A stretch of 64,000 bases of DNA, taken from positions 13,566 to 77,565 of the forward strand of contig JBDHJS010000032.1 in NCBI GenBank assembly GCA_039586795.1. The letters run 5' to 3'. The DNA comes from Gemmatimonadota bacterium (GTDB taxonomy: Bacteria; Gemmatimonadota; Gemmatimonadetes; Palauibacterales; KS3-K002). The position numbers and the translations under genes are program-made. The notes below the pieces were generated by a model, which saw only the letters and a list, made by a program, of their open reading frames with translations, had not been told where the DNA came from and did no database searches. Positions 1 through 7,545 of the stretch are shown here, piece after piece; within the stretch, counting starts at the first letter, position 1, and every line of letters starts with the position of its first letter.

Positions 1-57
1 TGCGATGCTTTGAAGGCCGAGGCCGTGGCCAAGGTCGAGGAGGTGCTCGGCGGGTGA
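1..57 (+). CDS. 3' end of an unidentified CDS truncated by the window edge
   Basis: Frame 1 reads CDALKAEAVAKVEEVLGG* and its TGA overlaps the GTG of the next ORF (GTGA). Confidence 0.5.
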   Translation, partial: CDALKAEAVAKVEEVLGG

Positions 58-335
58 CTCCTGGGGAAGCGGCCGACGAGTTGCGCGAGGAGATCGAGGC
101 CGCGCTCGTCGGCATCGGAAGAGCTTCTGCGGTGCGAGTCCAGTCTGTTGAGCCGCCGGAAGACCTCGGCGCCGATACTTGCTTCCAGGTCACCATCGTT
201 AGCGAACGAGGCTCCGGAGCCTTTGATCTGCCCACAGGTCTCGCCATGGCTTATCTAGCGGATGAGGAGGCTGCTGTAGATGAGTTCAAGCTCTGGTTGC
301 AGTCACTCCTGGTCGGAAGAGACGACGTGGACTGA
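54..335 (+). CDS. Small acidic hypothetical protein
   Basis: 93-aa ORF with a GGAGG RBS upstream, coupled to the previous stop; no family recognised. Confidence 0.65.
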   Translation: MTPGEAADELREEIEAALVGIGRASAVRVQSVEPPEDLGADTCFQVTIVSERGSGAFDLPTGLAMAYLADEEAAVDEFKLWLQSLLVGRDDVD

Positions 336-491
336 GGCCGTCGGTGGTTCTTCTCTCGCAACCACGGTGGCGCAACTGAAGGTTTGTGAGTAGCTTACGA
401 GGTCAGCCGAAGGCTGCACACCCGCCGTCCCGATGCCGAATGCTCAACCGAAGACCAAACCAAGACAGATGACTACCGGGCGGAGGCTAGG

Positions 492-935
492 ATGCGTCGC
501 ACAACGCTTGAGGTAATCCTCCTCATCGCTTTCATCGTCGCAGAAGGCGCGGTTCTCTACTATCTGGAAGATCCCGCGGCCCGACTCAGCATCGGCGTCC
601 TTCTTCTCGCGCCTCTTGTGTGGCTTTCCTCTCGTCTGGGCCTGGCCGACCTGGCAAGCCAATCGCCGGCGGCGCGAATTCACAAGCGTCGGTTCACGCG
701 ACTCCGCGGGCAGGTGCAACAGTTACTCGATGAAATCAGACGCCTCAACTGGATGGCGGTAGATGCCGAGCGCGGTTTCCGAAACCAGGACACGGCGCTG
801 CGCGAGATGGACCTGATAGAAGATCGCCTGAAGGAGTTGATTCAGGAAATCAGAATCACCGCCGGTCAGATGGCGGCTGAGGCCGAGAGCAAGGTAGGTG
901 TGGAAGATGCGGGGGAAGGGGCTCCGGCTACCTGA
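492..935 (+). CDS. Hypothetical membrane protein (2 TM + helical/coiled-coil domain), paralog of 2603..3190
   Basis: GGAGG RBS, two N-terminal hydrophobic segments, then RRFTRLRGQVQQLLDEIRRLNWMAV. Confidence 0.8.
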   Translation: MRRTTLEVILLIAFIVAEGAVLYYLEDPAARLSIGVLLLAPLVWLSSRLGLADLASQSPAARIHKRRFTRLRGQVQQLLDEIRRLNWMAVDAERGFRNQDTALREMDLIEDRLKELIQEIRITAGQMAAEAESKVGVEDAGEGAPAT

Positions 936-1016
936 TCCACACGAAAGAGGCAGTGTCGCAACTCCCCCGCGCCTGAAAACGAGGCTGAACGCCCAGCACT
1001 CCAGTCGCAGGCATTC

Positions 1017-2474
1017 ATGAGTCCCAACATACTCGAGATATTCGCTTCCGATTCGCGCAAGTATCTGGATCGCCTACAGGACGCGTTGAACGCAGAAGGC
1101 GGGGCAGACATTGACGGTCTGCGTCGCGCCTCGCGGCGGCTGCACCATGCGGCGGTTCTGGCCAATCACGCGCCTGTCATCGACGCGGCCCAGGCCGTGC
1201 AGAAGGCGACGGTCCAAGTGATCGCGGGAAAGCGCGACCTGACCGATGACCTTCTCATCTCCTTGCAGTTAACCGTCGACGCCATGGATGCGGTAGTAAA
1301 ATCTCTACCTGACGGTGATGGTCAGGCTGAGGATAGCCTGAGACAGGCGGCCGGTACGCTGATGAGTGGCCCGGCGGACGTGGCGATGGCGCCGGAGGTC
1401 GAAGTAGAGACGGGAGGGGATTCGGCGTCGGACACACTGGAGCTCGATGAAGCCGGCGCCGTGTTGGGCGCTTTGATCGACGACCTGGGTGACGCCATCG
1501 AGCGACTGGGTAACGATCCGCGAGACCGTGAACCGCTCAAGGTCATGCTGCGCAAGATCCGCCGGCTGCGCGACCTGGGCCGAATCGAAGTTCTGTCAGC
1601 AGAGGACAAGGCGTTGAGCGCGGTTGAGGAGTTGATCCTGCAGATCGCAGATCTCAACGCGACCGTCGGTCCTGGCTACCTCACGGTATTCAGACACGCC
1701 AAGGAAGTACTTGAAGGGATGCAGGCGGACGATTCAGGGGCGCCGTCCGTCGATCAGGTCAGTGGGCGTGCGGTCGAAGTCGATCGTCTCAAAGAGAGCG
1801 TGATGGAAAAGGCGCGCCGGGCGCGCCTTGTCGTATGGGTGAGCGATCTGTTCTTCCCGGAAGGGCCACACATAGTGGAATGCCCTACTGCAATAGACCA
1901 GGCTGGATCCGCGGAGAACTACTTCATGAAGGAGGCTTCGCAGCGCCTGGAGCGGTGCGAAAGCCTGCAAGAGAAGATGCTCGAGTCGAACCCCGAGCAG
2001 ATGAGGTTGGCCGGGGAATCGCTGGCCCACACGCTCCGGCATCTGCGCGAACGTGCTGCGGCGTTCAACCATATGACGATGGGGCGCGTGACTCGACGCG
2101 CCGCCGCGGCCTTGCGCGCTCAACTCGTTAAACCGCCGTCCCAGGTTCGCGGCATCGCGGCCGGCCTCGGCGATGTGCTGGCCTCACTGAGGGTCTACCT
2201 TGAGAACGACGACGAGGCCGTGCGTGCGCAAGCCGTAAGAGATGCTGAAGCGGCTTTGAGCGTAGCGATTCTGGGGGGCGAGCCGCAGAGTGAACCGGAA
2301 GAACCAGAATTCGATCCGGACGCGGCACTACAGCAGGCGCTCGCACTCCGGACTCGGGTTGATGGAAGGCTCAAGCGGTTGAGCGGACCGGACGCCGAAG
2401 GTTTACGAAGCGATCTCGAAGAGCTCTTCGACCTGATCGCGCTCTATGTGGCGGCGTCGGCCGAACACCACTGA
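1017..2474 (+). CDS. Hpt-like helical-bundle protein with degenerate repeats
   Basis: The N-terminus (LEIFASDSRKYLDRL...LRRASRRLHHAA) and an internal repeat (YFMKEASQRLERC...LAHTLRHLRERA) resemble CheA P1/Hpt bundles; no kinase domain. Confidence 0.6.
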   Translation: MSPNILEIFASDSRKYLDRLQDALNAEGGADIDGLRRASRRLHHAAVLANHAPVIDAAQAVQKATVQVIAGKRDLTDDLLISLQLTVDAMDAVVKSLPDGDGQAEDSLRQAAGTLMSGPADVAMAPEVEVETGGDSASDTLELDEAGAVLGALIDDLGDAIERLGNDPRDREPLKVMLRKIRRLRDLGRIEVLSAEDKALSAVEELILQIADLNATVGPGYLTVFRHAKEVLEGMQADDSGAPSVDQVSGRAVEVDRLKESVMEKARRARLVVWVSDLFFPEGPHIVECPTAIDQAGSAENYFMKEASQRLERCESLQEKMLESNPEQMRLAGESLAHTLRHLRERAAAFNHMTMGRVTRRAAAALRAQLVKPPSQVRGIAAGLGDVLASLRVYLENDDEAVRAQAVRDAEAALSVAILGGEPQSEPEEPEFDPDAALQQALALRTRVDGRLKRLSGPDAEGLRSDLEELFDLIALYVAASAEHH

Positions 2475-2503
2475 GCAATCGTCAATTGCCAGGTGGTAGA
2501 TCC

Positions 2504-2566
2504 GCAGACAAAATCACTCAGGGGAGCCGGAACTCACGTTCTAGGCTCCCCCGAGTGTCTATCTGC
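2504..2566. terminator. Long hairpin between convergent genes, probable bidirectional terminator
   Basis: CACTC-A-GGGGAGCC...GGCTCCCC-C-GAGTG inverted repeat with an inner GAAC/GTTC stem. Confidence 0.65.
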
Positions 2567-2602
2567 ATCCGTCCGCGCTGCCGATTAGGGTCCTGACGGA
2601 TC

Positions 2603-3190
2603 TCAGTCTTCCTGCTTGCGCTTGTCAGATTCGTCTCGCTTCGCTATCGCCTGAGCCTCCAGGGCGTCAAGCATCCGGTCGGTGTCATCGGCTGGCGTCG
2701 GTGTGTCACCGTGTGCTTTGGGCATCACGACCTGTTGGCTGCTGACCGAAGGTGCTGCTTTCTCGGGAGGGGTCGGCACGCCGGCCGACTTGCGGATCTC
2801 GTCCGTCATTTCCCGCAATGTTGCTGCCATCCGGTCCAGTTCGGCATGAGCGTGGCGCGGAGCGATCTTACCCTCTCGCCCCTCCACGGCGACGCGGTTC
2901 ATGTCTCGTACCTGGTCGAGCATGCGATCGGTGGTGGAGCGCAGACGGCCGTACTTTCGCCTGTCCAATCCGCCGCTCTTCTCCTGGATCTTGTCGAGCA
3001 GTGGATTCTCGACCTCAGGCTCTTCCCGGGCCTGCGATAGGTAGATAACGAACACGTAGATAATCAGGACAGCCAGAACGCGCAGGAAGGGGTCCGGAAG
3101 GACGATGATTGCCAGGGCGAGGAGGATGCCACCGAACATGACAACCGCCCAGTTGATCACTCCGGTCTCGGCTGGCTTTCGCTCGGCCAT
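2603..3190 (-). CDS. Hypothetical membrane protein (2 TM + helical/coiled-coil domain), paralog of 492..935
   Basis: Start taken at MAERKP; two TM segments, then RRKYGRLRSTTDRMLDQVRDMNRVAV. Confidence 0.8.
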   Translation of the reverse strand: MAERKPAETGVINWAVVMFGGILLALAIIVLPDPFLRVLAVLIIYVFVIYLSQAREEPEVENPLLDKIQEKSGGLDRRKYGRLRSTTDRMLDQVRDMNRVAVEGREGKIAPRHAHAELDRMAATLREMTDEIRKSAGVPTPPEKAAPSVSSQQVVMPKAHGDTPTPADDTDRMLDALEAQAIAKRDESDKRKQED

Positions 3191-3376
3191 CGGTAAGGGC
3201 CTCCAGCTGGTCAAGGACTGTGGTCAGGCTCCGAGGGAGCGGCGGCAGGCTATAATACAATGCAACGGTACGGCCGGCAGCGCCAGTGTGGCGTGCGATT
3301 GCGCGAAAGGGGCTGGTTGTCCGATCTTCCTTTGTGTCTAGGCCGTGAGCGGCTCGACCATAACCTTGGAGCAGGC

Positions 3377-5134
3377 ATGGGCAAGGCACTACCCGCTGAT
3401 GATCAAGTGATTCGCGTGGCGCTCTGCCAGCACAACATGATCGTCGGCGACATCGACGGAAACGTTGGCAGGATCAGGCGTGCCCTGGCCGATGTCCGCG
3501 AAGTGGGTGCGGATCTGGTGCTCTTCCCGGAGCTCACAGTCACAGGCTACCCGCCCGAGGACCTGCTGCTCAAGCCGCATTTCGCGGAAGAAGCTGAGGC
3601 GGCGCTGGCCGATCTGGCGGCTGATGTGCAGGATGTCGTCGCGATCATTGGCTTTCCGGAGCTGCACGATGACTTGTTCAACACGGCGGCCGTGGTCACT
3701 GGCGGCGAGGTCGCGGCGACCTACCGGAAGCGATACCTGCCCAACTACGGGCCGTTCGATGAGCAGCGGTACTTCGCGCGGGGGGAAGAAGCTCTGGTGC
3801 TGGATATGGACGGCGTGAAGGTCGGTGTCACCATCTGTGAAGATCTCTGGTACCCCGGTGGTCCGGCGCAGTGGTCGGTGATCGACGGAAAAGCGGATGT
3901 GATCGTTAACATGTCAGCATCGCCGTACAGCCGGGGCAAGGGCATCTCCCGCGAGCAGATGCTCGCGACGCGATGTGAGGACTACCGCTGCTACCTGGCG
4001 TTCTGCAACACGGTGGGCGGCCAGGACGAGCTGGTGTTCGATGGACACAGCGTGGTGATCGATCCGCGCGGCGAAGTGCTCGGGCGCTGCCGGCAGTTCG
4101 AGGACGACACCTTGGTGATCGATCTCGACTTGCGCGGCGTATCGCGTCGTAGGCTGCACGATCCACGCTGGCGGCAGCGGCCGGCCGTTGCTGCCGAGCG
4201 AGTTCGAGTGGTGCCGGTTCGCCGGTCGCGGCGACAGAAGCCGGAGCTCGAGGAACGTGTTTGGGTCGAGCCATTGGGGCCCGAGGCCGAAGTGTACGAA
4301 GCGCTCAAGTTCGGCACCAGAGAGTACTACAGAAAGAACGATTTCCAGCATGTCGTGCTTGGTCTGTCGGGTGGGATCGATTCTGCGTTGACATTGGCCG
4401 TCGCCGTCGATGCGCTGGGTGCGGACGCAGTAACCGCCGTGTCCATGCCGTCGCGTCACACGGCTGACCATAACCGTGAAGACGCGGTAGAGTGTGCACG
4501 TCGCGCTGGCGTCGAATTCCTCGAGATCCCTATCGATGGGGTCTTCAATTGCTATCTGGATGCGCTGCAGGGTCCATTCGAGGGGACCCAATCAAACGTT
4601 GCCGAGGAGAACATACAGGCTCGCATTCGTGGTAACCTGCTGATGGCGCTGTCCAACAAGTTCGGGTGGTTGGTGTTGGCGACGGGTAATAAGAGCGAGT
4701 ACAGCGTTGGTTACGCCACCCTCTACGGTGATATGGCAGGGGGCTTCGCCGTCCTAAAAGACGTGCCAAAGACTTGGGTCTATCGGCTAGCTCGCTGGCG
4801 GAATGCAGAGAGACAGATCATGCCGGAAAGCGTGATCGAAAAGGCACCGACAGCCGAGTTAAGGGAAGAGCAGCTGGATACAGACAACTTGCCGCCGTAC
4901 GAGATTCTAGATCCGATTTTGGAGGCGTACGTGGAAGAAGATCGTGCGCCGGAGGAAATCGAGAAGCTCGGGTTCGATCGGAAGTTGGTCAATTCAGTAA
5001 TCGAGATGATCGATAGGGCGGAGTATAAGCGCAGGCAAGCACCGCCCGGCATTCGTATCTCGGCGCGATCGTTTGGAAAGGACCGGCGCTTGCCGATCAC
5101 CAACCGATATCGGCCGGCGAACGGTCCAGATTAG
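3377..5134 (+). CDS. nadE: Glutamine-dependent NAD+ synthetase
   Basis: Nitrilase-type domain (FPELTVTGYPPEDLL, ICEDLW) plus synthetase motifs GLSGGIDS, NIQARIRG, TGNKSE and KAPTAEL; GGAG RBS before ATG 3377. Confidence 0.96.
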   Translation: MGKALPADDQVIRVALCQHNMIVGDIDGNVGRIRRALADVREVGADLVLFPELTVTGYPPEDLLLKPHFAEEAEAALADLAADVQDVVAIIGFPELHDDLFNTAAVVTGGEVAATYRKRYLPNYGPFDEQRYFARGEEALVLDMDGVKVGVTICEDLWYPGGPAQWSVIDGKADVIVNMSASPYSRGKGISREQMLATRCEDYRCYLAFCNTVGGQDELVFDGHSVVIDPRGEVLGRCRQFEDDTLVIDLDLRGVSRRRLHDPRWRQRPAVAAERVRVVPVRRSRRQKPELEERVWVEPLGPEAEVYEALKFGTREYYRKNDFQHVVLGLSGGIDSALTLAVAVDALGADAVTAVSMPSRHTADHNREDAVECARRAGVEFLEIPIDGVFNCYLDALQGPFEGTQSNVAEENIQARIRGNLLMALSNKFGWLVLATGNKSEYSVGYATLYGDMAGGFAVLKDVPKTWVYRLARWRNAERQIMPESVIEKAPTAELREEQLDTDNLPPYEILDPILEAYVEEDRAPEEIEKLGFDRKLVNSVIEMIDRAEYKRRQAPPGIRISARSFGKDRRLPITNRYRPANGPD

Positions 5135-5153
5135 CGCCCTGCTTCCCGAACAT

Positions 5154-5627
5154 TCACTCTTCCAACTCGCTGGCCACAGCGCGAACATCTAAGTCGCCGC
5201 CCTCCTTGGCCACCGAAAGTACGATCGACGTGTTCGTGCCTTCGATCTCCGGATGCGATAGCACACGCTTGATCTCCTTATTCATGCTCTCTTCATCCGG
5301 ATACTTGCCGATCACCAGCACGTCGTAGTCGCCAGTAATCTCGTAGACGTCGACGAGTGTCTCCTCCTTGATCAGCTCGTCGACTATCCGCGCGATCTCC
5401 GCACCGCGCGCCTTGATCTTGGTGATGGCTGTAAGCCGGTAGCCGAGCTTCCCGTAATCAAGGACCGGCTTGTAACCCTTGATCACACCGTTCGCCTCCA
5501 TTCCCTTCACACGCTGGCTTACGGTAGATGTAGAGACGTTCAACCGCTCGGCGATGGCGCGAAGTGAGGCGCGGCCGTCGCGGCGCAGCTCTTCCAGGAT
5601 GTCGAGGTCCAATCCTATGTGGGTCAT
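5154..5627 (-). CDS. Lrp/AsnC family transcriptional regulator
   Basis: N-terminal HTH (DGRASLRAIAERLNVSTSTV) and RAM domain (VYEITGDYD, TNTSIVL). Confidence 0.93.
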   Translation of the reverse strand: MTHIGLDLDILEELRRDGRASLRAIAERLNVSTSTVSQRVKGMEANGVIKGYKPVLDYGKLGYRLTAITKIKARGAEIARIVDELIKEETLVDVYEITGDYDVLVIGKYPDEESMNKEIKRVLSHPEIEGTNTSIVLSVAKEGGDLDVRAVASELEE

Positions 5628-5634
5628 GGTTCGT

Positions 5635-5669
5635 TAGACGGTAGACGGTAGACGGTTGACGGTAGACGG
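5635..5669 (+). repeat. Tandem heptamer array (TAGACGG)x5, left arm of an inverted pair
   Basis: TAGACGG TAGACGG TAGACGG TTGACGG TAGACGG read directly. Confidence 0.95.
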
Positions 5670-5702
5670 ACTGGCTGACAGCGGCGCCGACCCCGATTGT
5701 CC

Positions 5703-5708
5703 TATGAT
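5703..5708 (+). promoter_or_regulatory. Possible sigma70 -10 box for the speE leader
   Basis: TATGAT just upstream of the structured leader; no good -35 at canonical spacing. Confidence 0.3.
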
Positions 5709-5720
5709 TGTACGCTGACA

Positions 5721-5814
5721 GGAGGCTACACTGCAAGATCGTCCGGTCATTGGGTCTGTTTTTGGACGAACATCTGATCCTGTGGAGTGGTGGACCCGGT
5801 ACGCCACGGCCTCT
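5721..5814 (+). ncRNA. Candidate cis-regulatory RNA (three-way junction with loop-loop pairing) in the speE 5' leader
   Basis: Manual folding gives P1 GAGGCT/GGCCTC, P2 TCGTCCGG/TTGGACGA and P3 GTGGTG/CGCCAC; loop sequences GGGTC and GACCC are complementary. It matches no riboswitch consensus I recall. Confidence 0.4.
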
Positions 5815-5824
5815 ATCGAAGACA

Positions 5825-5860
5825 CCGTCTACCGTCTACTGTCTACTGATCTACCGTCTA
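5825..5860 (-). repeat. Tandem heptamer array (CCGTCTA)x5 degenerate, right arm of the inverted pair
   Basis: CCGTCTA CCGTCTA CTGTCTA CTGATCTA CCGTCTA, the reverse complement of the 5635-5669 unit. Confidence 0.93.
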
Positions 5861-5884
5861 CGGTCCACTGAAGCGGAGAAGAGA

Positions 5885-6832
5885 ATGGCCGAGCTCGACG
5901 GGTATTGGAAGCGACTATACGAGCTGCCGGGTATCGTGAAGCGGCCTGAGCTGGCGAAGATCGATGCGCTCAAGGAGACCGGTTCGCGCGTATTGGTCGA
6001 GGAACAGACGGACTTCCAGCGGCTCTTGTTGATCGAGACGCCGAAGAAGGAACTGGTCCTGCTGCTGGATGGCGAGATACAGTTCTATGGCGGTGATGAG
6101 CACAGATTCCACGAGTCACTGGCCCTCGTTCCGTTCCTCTACCGACGTTCGTCGATCAAGCGCGTGGGCGTGATGGGCGGGGGAGACGGCCTCATCGCCC
6201 GGGAACTGTTGGGACGGTTTGGCGACGAGATCGAGCAGATCACGATCGTCGACATCGATCCGGCCGTAACGGAGATCGGAAAGACTGTTCCGCAACTCCT
6301 CGAGCTGAATAACGGGAGTCTGCTGGATGAACGTGTGGAAGTGAGGAACGCGGACGCGCTGAGCTTCGAGACGGAAGAGCCGTTCGATCTGATCCTTTGC
6401 GACCTACCAGACCCGACCAGTTCGGTTCTGGGCTGCCTCTACAACCGCGAATTCTACCAGCACCTGCAATCTCAGCTGAACGATAGGGGGCTGATGAACG
6501 TCCAGATCATCTATGTGCCCCCGCTCTTCGATGGCGTGCTCAGTACGTTGAGAAGCGTCTTCCCGGCGGTGGAACCGTACGCGGTCTGGATGTACAGCTT
6601 CGTCCGCGCGGGCTTCGCTCTTTGTGGGTTGGAGTCGTTGGAGCGGCAGCGTGACCTGCCGAAGGGGACCCGGCATCTAACGCCCGAAGCACTCGACCAG
6701 ATGTTCTACTTTGCGCCCGACGAACCGCGGGCAGCTGTATCCGAGGTGAGTACGAATGACAACATGCTGGTCATGGAGTGGTATGAGACGTACTTGAGAG
6801 AATACTTCGAGGAGCGAATACTCTACTACTGA
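5885..6832 (+). CDS. speE: Polyamine aminopropyltransferase (spermidine synthase family)
   Basis: LLLDGEIQF, FHESL, GGGDG dcSAM-binding loop, VDIDP and DLPDP motifs; GGAG RBS before MAELDG. Confidence 0.88.
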   Translation: MAELDGYWKRLYELPGIVKRPELAKIDALKETGSRVLVEEQTDFQRLLLIETPKKELVLLLDGEIQFYGGDEHRFHESLALVPFLYRRSSIKRVGVMGGGDGLIARELLGRFGDEIEQITIVDIDPAVTEIGKTVPQLLELNNGSLLDERVEVRNADALSFETEEPFDLILCDLPDPTSSVLGCLYNREFYQHLQSQLNDRGLMNVQIIYVPPLFDGVLSTLRSVFPAVEPYAVWMYSFVRAGFALCGLESLERQRDLPKGTRHLTPEALDQMFYFAPDEPRAAVSEVSTNDNMLVMEWYETYLREYFEERILYY

Positions 6833-6857
6833 GTGTCATTGATGTTCGTGAATGCGA

Positions 6858-6896
6858 AACCCGTCCCGGAGGCCTAGCCCGAGGGACGGGTTCTTT
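6858..6896. terminator. Bidirectional intrinsic terminator between speE and speD
   Basis: AACCCGTCCC...GGGACGGGTT followed by CTTT. Confidence 0.75.
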
Positions 6897-6914
6897 GTCA
6901 TCCGGGACCTGGAG

Positions 6915-7313
6915 TCAGGCTTCGTCGCCGTTAAGGAAGCCGCGGAAAATAAGCTCGTTCTCAGTTCGCTCTGCACCCAGCCGCTCGACAATATGGTCGC
7001 GCGCCCGCTCGGCCCGTTCTGCCATGGCGCAGCTGACGATATCCACGGAAGCGTATCCGTGTTCCGGGTAGGTGTGGATTGCGAAATGGGATTCCCGGAT
7101 GGGCAAAAAAACGGTCAGGCCCTGACCCGGGTAATGGTACGAAGCCGGCTCTGCCAGGGGGTGCATCGAGGCTGCGGCTGCAGCGCCCGTCAAAACACTC
7201 CCGATGCGCTCGGGGTCGTTCAATAACTCGGAATTTACGCCGTACAACTCCAGCATCACGTGGGTCAGCACGGCGCGCTCCGTCGCCACTTCTGGTGGAG
7301 CCACCTTGTGCAT
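6915..7313 (-). CDS. speD: S-adenosylmethionine decarboxylase proenzyme (class 1B)
   Basis: ESHFAIHTYPEHGYASVDIVSC pyruvoyl self-cleavage motif; adjacent to speE. Confidence 0.88.
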   Translation of the reverse strand: MHKVAPPEVATERAVLTHVMLELYGVNSELLNDPERIGSVLTGAAAAASMHPLAEPASYHYPGQGLTVFLPIRESHFAIHTYPEHGYASVDIVSCAMAERAERARDHIVERLGAERTENELIFRGFLNGDEA

Positions 7314-7545
7314 TTTCACCCCCCCCAAGTCTGAAAGTCCAATGGTCAACTTCCGAGTGCCAGTAAGGATAGAAAGCCGGCGTCGTGACGCAATAGCTTC
7401 ACAGATAGCCCGTAAGTGCCCGTATCCGTCGTCAGTCTAGGGTGTCTGCCGACCGCCCAGGCAGACGATTAGAACTGGGTCGTGTGGGTAAGCTCCGGAG
7501 GTGCTCGGGTGTGGTAGAGTTGGTGGATCGGCTAGATTGCTGCTC

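Noticed and set aside
336..491. Small hairpins (GTGGTT/AACCAC, CAGC/GCTG) as a c-di-GMP or other riboswitch
   Set aside because: No consensus core is present and the stems are short for GC-rich DNA.
3260..3376. N-terminal extension of nadE
   Set aside because: It does not look like the family, and GGAG precedes ATG 3377.
5635..5860. Repeat arrays as a CRISPR array
   Set aside because: The units are 7-nt tandem copies with no unique spacers, and there are no cas genes.
5708..5884. N-terminal extension of speE given by the ORF track
   Set aside because: It runs through the repeat array and structured leader; a good RBS precedes ATG 5885.
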